The notes below the pieces were generated by a model, which did no database searches, was not told where the DNA came from, and worked only from the letters and a program-made list of their open reading frames with translations. From Candidatus Saccharimonadia bacterium (GTDB taxonomy: Bacteria > Patescibacteriota > Saccharimonadia > Saccharimonadales > 2-12-FULL-41-12), in NCBI GenBank assembly GCA_963717365.1, contig OY970327.1, positions 139,599 through 203,598 of the forward strand: a stretch of DNA of 64,000 bases, given 5' to 3'. Position 1 is the first letter of the stretch. The number at the start of each line of letters is the position of its first letter. The position numbers and the translations under genes are program-made. Shown piece after piece: positions 58,814-64,000 of this stretch.

Positions 58814-61276
58814 ATGAAACGCTACAATCCAAAGGAAATCGAGCCGAAGTGGCAGAAGATTTGGGACGAACAAAAATTATTCCAGGCGGTTAATGATTCC
58901 AATAAGCCTAAGAAATATATAACCGATATGTTTCCGTACCCGTCAGGGGCGGCAATGCATGTTGGCCATGTCCGTAACTTCACAATAAGTGATGTACTGA
59001 GTCAGTACCACCGACAAAAGGGCTATAATGTGCTGCATACCATGGGCTGGGACACCTTTGGGTTACCTGCTGAAAACTTTGCCATAAAAACGGGGGTACC
59101 ACCTGCGATTTCTACCAAGCAAAACGTAGCCATGTTTAAATCCCAATTACAACGTTTAGGTATGAGCTACGACTGGGACCGTGAAATTAACACGAGTGAC
59201 CCAGAATATTATCGCTGGACCCAGTGGATATTTGCAAAATTGTTTGAAAACGGACTGGCCTATCAAAAAGAAAGTGGGCAGTGGTGGTGCGAAGAATGTA
59301 AGACAGTGCTCGCTAACGAGCAGGTAGTAAACGGCTGCTGTTGGCGCCACGAAGACCTACCGGTTATTAAAAAGAGTTTAAATCAGTGGTTCTTCAAGAT
59401 CACCGATTATGCCGACCGTTTGCTTGACGGCATAGATGCCCTTGATTGGCCTGAAAAAATTAAGACCATGCAGCGCAACTGGATCGGACGCAGCGAGGGC
59501 GTGGTTTATAAAAATAAAGTTCGTGATACTGGTCATGAGATAGAGTCATTTTCAGCTCACTTTGAAGCTTTTACCGCCAATACATTTGTAGTTATCGCAC
59601 CCGATCATCCGCGTCTGGCAGAATTGCTCGATGGTTTAAATAACAAAGATGATATTTTGACTCAGGCTCATGAAATGCTGATGCGCCGCGATGCTCTGGG
59701 GCAAAAAGGCTCAGATACACTGGAAGGCATTTTTACCGACCGCTATGCCATCGATGCGTTTGGTGATGAAGATTTACCGATCTGGATTGCTAGCTACGCC
59801 TTGGCAGATTATGGAACTGGCATTGTGTTATGTTCGGCGCATGATGACCGAGACTTTGCCTTTGCAAAAAAATACAACATTCGATTGAAGCCAACCATGG
59901 TGCCACCAGATCCAGTTGAAGCAGAAAAAGTAAAAAACCTTGAATACTGCTATAACGACATGAAACATGGTGTTTTGATTGAGCCAGCCGAGTTTGCAGG
60001 AAAGAACGCCCACGATAATCGTCAGATAATAGCCAACTACATGTTTGAACATAGCTTTGCTAGTCCTCAGGTCAGCTATAAAATTCATGACTGGCTGATA
60101 AGCCGTCAGCGTTACTGGGGCGCGCCGATACCTATTATTCATTGTCCTGATCATGGTGCGGTGGTTGTTGCGGAAGACCAGCTGCCCGTAATTTTGCCAG
60201 AAGTTGAAAACTATCAACCAAAAGGCGGCAGCGTATTAGCTAGTGTCACCGATTGGGTTAATACAACTTGTCCCACTTGCGGCGGTCCGGCTAAGCGTGA
60301 AACTGATACCATGGACGGCTACGCCTGCAGCAGTTGGTACTTCTTGCGCTATACTGATCCGCATAATAATAAACAAGCCTGGGATCCTGAGATTGCCAAT
60401 AAGTGGATGCCAATTGACTATTACTGCGGCGGTGATCATGCCGTCTCACATCTGCTATATGCTCGATTTTGGAGTTATTTCTTCGCCGACCAAGGCTGGA
60501 TAGCTGAAAAGGCGAAAGAACCAGTTAATAAACTTGTTTATAACGGCTATATTCTGGCGCCAGACGGCAATAAAATGAGCAAAAGCAAGGGCAACGTGGT
60601 TAACCCTGATGAACTCATTAGCCAAGGTTACGGTGCTGATGCGCTGCGCGTTTATGAAATGTTTATCGCTCCCTATGAACAGGGAACAAGCTGGAATACC
60701 ACCGGCGTACCCGGCTGCTATCGATTCTTGAACCGGTTGTGGACGTTAACTCAGGAATATCTGGAGCCCGCGGCCGACATGTCAACAAGCAACAACGATG
60801 TAATGCGCACCGCGCACAAAGCCATAAAGAAAGTAAGCAGCGATCTTGATAAACTGCAGTTTAATACGGCAGTATCAGCACTCATGGAAGCAGTTAATGA
60901 GCTCTATAAAATCAAGGCCAGTGATGGCTATGGCGCTCGCCAAGATTGGCTTTTTGCTCTATCAAGTTTAACGCAGCTGACAGCGCCATTCGCGCCGCAT
61001 ATTAGCGAGGAATTATGGCATGATCTGGGCAATGAAAGTTCGGTTCACGTTGCAAAATGGCCACAGTATGACGAAAAGCACCTAATATCAGATGAAATTA
61101 TAATCGTAGTCCAAGTAAATGGAAAAGTCAGAGCTAATTTAAAAGTTGCGGTTGATGCTGATAAAGATACGATTATAAATGCCGCTCAGACTGATGAAAA
61201 CGTTGCATCGTATTTAGTAAATGGCGCAAAGAAAACAGTGTATGTGCCGGGCAAATTAGTTAACTTTGTCGCATAG
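58814..61276 (+). CDS. leuS: Leucine--tRNA ligase
   Basis: HVGH and KMSKS signatures, 820 aa. Confidence 0.95.
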   Translation: MKRYNPKEIEPKWQKIWDEQKLFQAVNDSNKPKKYITDMFPYPSGAAMHVGHVRNFTISDVLSQYHRQKGYNVLHTMGWDTFGLPAENFAIKTGVPPAISTKQNVAMFKSQLQRLGMSYDWDREINTSDPEYYRWTQWIFAKLFENGLAYQKESGQWWCEECKTVLANEQVVNGCCWRHEDLPVIKKSLNQWFFKITDYADRLLDGIDALDWPEKIKTMQRNWIGRSEGVVYKNKVRDTGHEIESFSAHFEAFTANTFVVIAPDHPRLAELLDGLNNKDDILTQAHEMLMRRDALGQKGSDTLEGIFTDRYAIDAFGDEDLPIWIASYALADYGTGIVLCSAHDDRDFAFAKKYNIRLKPTMVPPDPVEAEKVKNLEYCYNDMKHGVLIEPAEFAGKNAHDNRQIIANYMFEHSFASPQVSYKIHDWLISRQRYWGAPIPIIHCPDHGAVVVAEDQLPVILPEVENYQPKGGSVLASVTDWVNTTCPTCGGPAKRETDTMDGYACSSWYFLRYTDPHNNKQAWDPEIANKWMPIDYYCGGDHAVSHLLYARFWSYFFADQGWIAEKAKEPVNKLVYNGYILAPDGNKMSKSKGNVVNPDELISQGYGADALRVYEMFIAPYEQGTSWNTTGVPGCYRFLNRLWTLTQEYLEPAADMSTSNNDVMRTAHKAIKKVSSDLDKLQFNTAVSALMEAVNELYKIKASDGYGARQDWLFALSSLTQLTAPFAPHISEELWHDLGNESSVHVAKWPQYDEKHLISDEIIIVVQVNGKVRANLKVAVDADKDTIINAAQTDENVASYLVNGAKKTVYVPGKLVNFVA

Positions 61277-61376
61277 GAGTAATACCTATTGCCTTGAGAA
61301 AAACTCTAAAATTTGCTATACTCAGAGCCAACTGTAAGTTTAGAGTAATTTTAATATCCAGAGAGGATGTATTTGT

Positions 61377-61532
61377 ATGGGTAAACCCAAGAAACAAACC
61401 AGTCATCGCCGGACAGGTGCGCGGCGTAGCCATTTAGTGCTAAAGCTGGCACGGGCGGTTAATGGAAAAAGTCCGGTTAAGGTGTATACCACGCGCCGAG
61501 AATCGGGCGCTATAAAAGTAGCCGCAAAGTAA
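61377..61532 (+). CDS. rpmF: 50S ribosomal protein L32
   Basis: MGKPKKQTSHRRTGARRSH..., 51 aa (below the ORF-track cutoff), gagagg RBS. Confidence 0.8.
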   Translation: MGKPKKQTSHRRTGARRSHLVLKLARAVNGKSPVKVYTTRRESGAIKVAAK

Positions 61533-61628
61533 ATTGCGGTAATTTTAAAAACCTGTCAGGGAATCATACGAAAGTACGATATACTTTGAGACAGGATTAC
61601 TAACTTTATCACTTAACAATATAGACAT

Positions 61629-62153
61629 ATGGCATCAAATCGACACCTAGGACGCATAGTAGTACTGCAAACGCTGTATGAATTAACCTTCCGTGAGGAA
61701 TGCGGCGATACAACGGTTCAAATTAGCGACATAATGCACCGTAATATCGGGCGCTATAAGGCGACGCTGGATGATATTACCTTCGTTGAATCTCTAGCTA
61801 ACGGTGTTGTTGCAAAATCAAAGGAACTTGATGACGCTATTCGGCCGCTGGCACCAGAGTGGCCACTTGAACAAATTGCTCGAATTGACCACTTGCTGTT
61901 AAAAATCGGTGCTTACGAATTGATGAACCATGACGATGTTCCACCAAAGGTAGTGATCAATGAGGCCGTAGAGTTGGCTAAGAATTTTGGTAACGATAAC
62001 TCCTCGAAATTTGTAAATGGTGTTTTGGGAACGCTTCTTCGTAAGCTCCACCCAGAACAGGCAGCCGCTCTAGATGCCGCACATAATCTTAAAAAGTCCC
62101 AAGCACAGAACGAAACAGATGAATCTCCAAAGAAAGAAGCAGCCAAAGAATGA
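61629..62153 (+). CDS. nusB: Transcription antitermination factor NusB
   Basis: RIVVLQTLYE..., ...NEAVELAKNFG..SSKFVNGVLG. Confidence 0.8.
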   Translation: MASNRHLGRIVVLQTLYELTFREECGDTTVQISDIMHRNIGRYKATLDDITFVESLANGVVAKSKELDDAIRPLAPEWPLEQIARIDHLLLKIGAYELMNHDDVPPKVVINEAVELAKNFGNDNSSKFVNGVLGTLLRKLHPEQAAALDAAHNLKKSQAQNETDESPKKEAAKE

Positions 62154-62650
62154 AAAAACCTAAACCAATCCAGGGCTTTAAGAAGTTTCTGCCTCGCCGT
62201 AAGCCAACAATAAGCGAGGTTGTTCGCGAACCTACCAGTGGTGGTATGGTATTTCGGCGTAATGTTAAGACCAAGCAGATTGAAATCCTATTAATTCAAG
62301 ACGCTAAAGACCGCTGGACTATTCCCAAAGGCCACATTGAAGAGGGTGAAACCGCTAAAGAAACTGCCGAGCGTGAAATTCGCGAAGAAACCGGCCTGCA
62401 AGAAATGTCCGTTATGAACTGGCTCGGTAAAATCAATTTCCGTTACCGTCGTGCCACTAGTCTGGTGCTAATGACTACTGAGATATTCTTGGTACAAGCT
62501 AAAGGTGATACCGATAAGCTACAGCCCGAAGATTGGATGAACGGTATTAAGTGGTTTAGTGCCAATGAAGCGCTTGATAAGATTGAGTATGAAGATATAG
62601 GTAAAATAATTCTGTTAGGACTCAAAAAAATCCGCCACGCCGGTCTGTAA
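62150..62650 (+). CDS. NUDIX hydrolase
   Basis: Nudix box GHIEEGETAKETAEREIREETGL. Confidence 0.75.
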   Translation: MKKPKPIQGFKKFLPRRKPTISEVVREPTSGGMVFRRNVKTKQIEILLIQDAKDRWTIPKGHIEEGETAKETAEREIREETGLQEMSVMNWLGKINFRYRRATSLVLMTTEIFLVQAKGDTDKLQPEDWMNGIKWFSANEALDKIEYEDIGKIILLGLKKIRHAGL

Positions 62651-62654
62651 CTAT

Positions 62655-63377
62655 ATGCAAGACGTATCAAAATACCAGCTATTTGCTAAAGAAGTACTAG
62701 GCGTAGAGTTCAACGATATTACCCTGCTAGTGACCGCCTTTACACATCGTTCCTATGTAAACGAACACAAAAAGACCGTTCGGGTTCATAACGAGCGTAT
62801 GGAGTTCTTGGGAGATGCTGTCCTTGAGCTGGCAGTGACCGAGTATCTGTACGCGACCTATGACGAACAAGAGGGCATACTAACAAACTGGCGCAGCGCC
62901 TTAGTGCGCACCGAAAGTATTGGCGCAGCTGCCGCTAAACACAACTTTGAACCGTTATTACGGCTAAGTCGCGGTGAAAAACACGGCACCCAACGTGCTC
63001 GCCTGCAGATTTTGGCTAACTGCTATGAGGCAGTTATTGGTGCTCTTTTTCTTGATCAAGGCTTTGAAGCGGCCCGCGATTTTATTAAGCAAAGCTTGCT
63101 TAGTACCTTACCTGAAATTTTAGAAACCGGTTCATGGATGGATCCAAAGAGCCATTTACAAGAATTGGCACAAAGTATAGAAGGTTTTACCCCCATCTAT
63201 AAAGTTCTGGAAGAAGACGGTCCAGACCACGACAAGATGTTTGTGATCGGTGCATTTGTAAATGGGGTTTTACGAGGCAAAGGCGAAGGCCCAAGTAAAC
63301 AAATTGGTCAACAGCAAGCCGCCGAACGGGCTTTAGCGTACTATAAAGCCCAATCAATTGAAAAGCTTGCTCAATAG
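62655..63377 (+). CDS. rnc: Ribonuclease III
   Basis: ERMEFLGDAVL signature, C-terminal dsRBD. Confidence 0.9.
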   Translation: MQDVSKYQLFAKEVLGVEFNDITLLVTAFTHRSYVNEHKKTVRVHNERMEFLGDAVLELAVTEYLYATYDEQEGILTNWRSALVRTESIGAAAAKHNFEPLLRLSRGEKHGTQRARLQILANCYEAVIGALFLDQGFEAARDFIKQSLLSTLPEILETGSWMDPKSHLQELAQSIEGFTPIYKVLEEDGPDHDKMFVIGAFVNGVLRGKGEGPSKQIGQQQAAERALAYYKAQSIEKLAQ

Positions 63378-63488
63378 AGTCCAGATTGACAACAGGGATG
63401 GCTGTACGTTATAATAAGTTCAAATTAAGTCAAAAAGACTATATTAATTGTAAAAATTTGGTTTTAAGAAAGTGAGAGTTATTTATAT

Positions 63489-64000
63489 ATGTTAGCAATT
63501 CGTATGCAGCGCTTAGGCCGTAAGGGCCACCCAACTTACCGTGTTGTAGTTCAAGATGTGCGTCAGACGCCAACCAGCGGTAAATACGTTGCTATGCTAG
63601 GAAGCTATGATCCTCACTCTAAGGCCACTACATTAGTCAAAGACAAGGCTGAATTCTATCTCACACATGGCGCTCAACCATCAGAGCGAGTAGCTCGTCT
63701 GTTTACAAGCGAGGGTATCACTTTACCATCATGGGTTAAACAGCCAAGCGACCATACGCGAACTATTCGTACACCAGATAAGTTGCGTAAAAATCGTCCG
63801 GCTGAAGAAAAGCCTGCTGAAGAACCGGCCGCAGAAACTACCGAGGAACCGGCAGCAGTTGAAAGTGCTGAAACAGAAACAGCTGTGGAAGAACCAGCTG
63901 AAGTCGCTGAATCCAACTCAGAAACAGACATAAGTTCTAATCCAACCGAAGAAACAGCTGCCGAAGTGCCATCAGAAGAATCAGCCGAAGTTGGTCCTGA
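63489..64000 (+). CDS. rpsP: 30S ribosomal protein S16 with an acidic C-terminal extension (runs off the window)
   Basis: MLAIRMQRLGRKGHPTYRVVVQD. A TTGACA / 18-nt spacer / TATAAT promoter lies upstream. Confidence 0.85.
   Translation, partial: MLAIRMQRLGRKGHPTYRVVVQDVRQTPTSGKYVAMLGSYDPHSKATTLVKDKAEFYLTHGAQPSERVARLFTSEGITLPSWVKQPSDHTRTIRTPDKLRKNRPAEEKPAEEPAAETTEEPAAVESAETETAVEEPAEVAESNSETDISSNPTEETAAEVPSEESAEVGP

Noticed and set aside
63674-63931. 85-aa minus-strand Ser/Ala-rich ORF
   Set aside because: It is antisense to the acidic C-terminal extension of rpsP.

Overview
The window looks like a chromosomal segment of a small-genome, moderately low-GC bacterium. The gene content includes LigA, LeuS, RNase III, NusB, S16, L32, FabD, Ddl/MurF, a LysM-CHAP hydrolase, an L,D-transpeptidase, free-standing HNH and LAGLIDADG genes next to tRNAs, and a VirD4/TraD-like ATPase. 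This fits Patescibacteria/CPR (for example Saccharimonadia), but that placement is inference only. Positions 37.3-64 kb are ordinary housekeeping genes. Positions 0-15.7 kb are accessory or hypothetical genes plus an IS1595-type transposase. The unusual part is 15.7-37.3 kb, a mosaic in which about nine GC-rich gene blocks with G/C-ending codons sit in AT-rich DNA. Each block is preceded by AT-rich DNA with sigma70-like promoter boxes. Five blocks are followed by a compact type III hammerhead ribozyme, always in the sense orientation and 130-350 nt after the last stop codon. The five copies have intact catalytic cores and compensatory stem changes. Two further blocks (TerY-like vWA and TerD) instead end in a second conserved hairpin element, present as an inverted pair. 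The GC-rich cargo includes a K+ channel, TerD, a TerY-like vWA protein, a TerC-like DUF475 protein, a DGQHR (DndB-like) pair, a His-rich zinc-ribbon protein, a methyltransferase and secreted proteins. It is functionally interleaved with low-GC HAD and PRTase genes of the Ter-associated biosynthetic module. I cannot tell from sequence alone whether this is natural gene capture with ribozyme insulation, a new mobile-cassette system, an assembly chimera or an engineered construct. All product calls come from motif recognition by eye; no searches were run.
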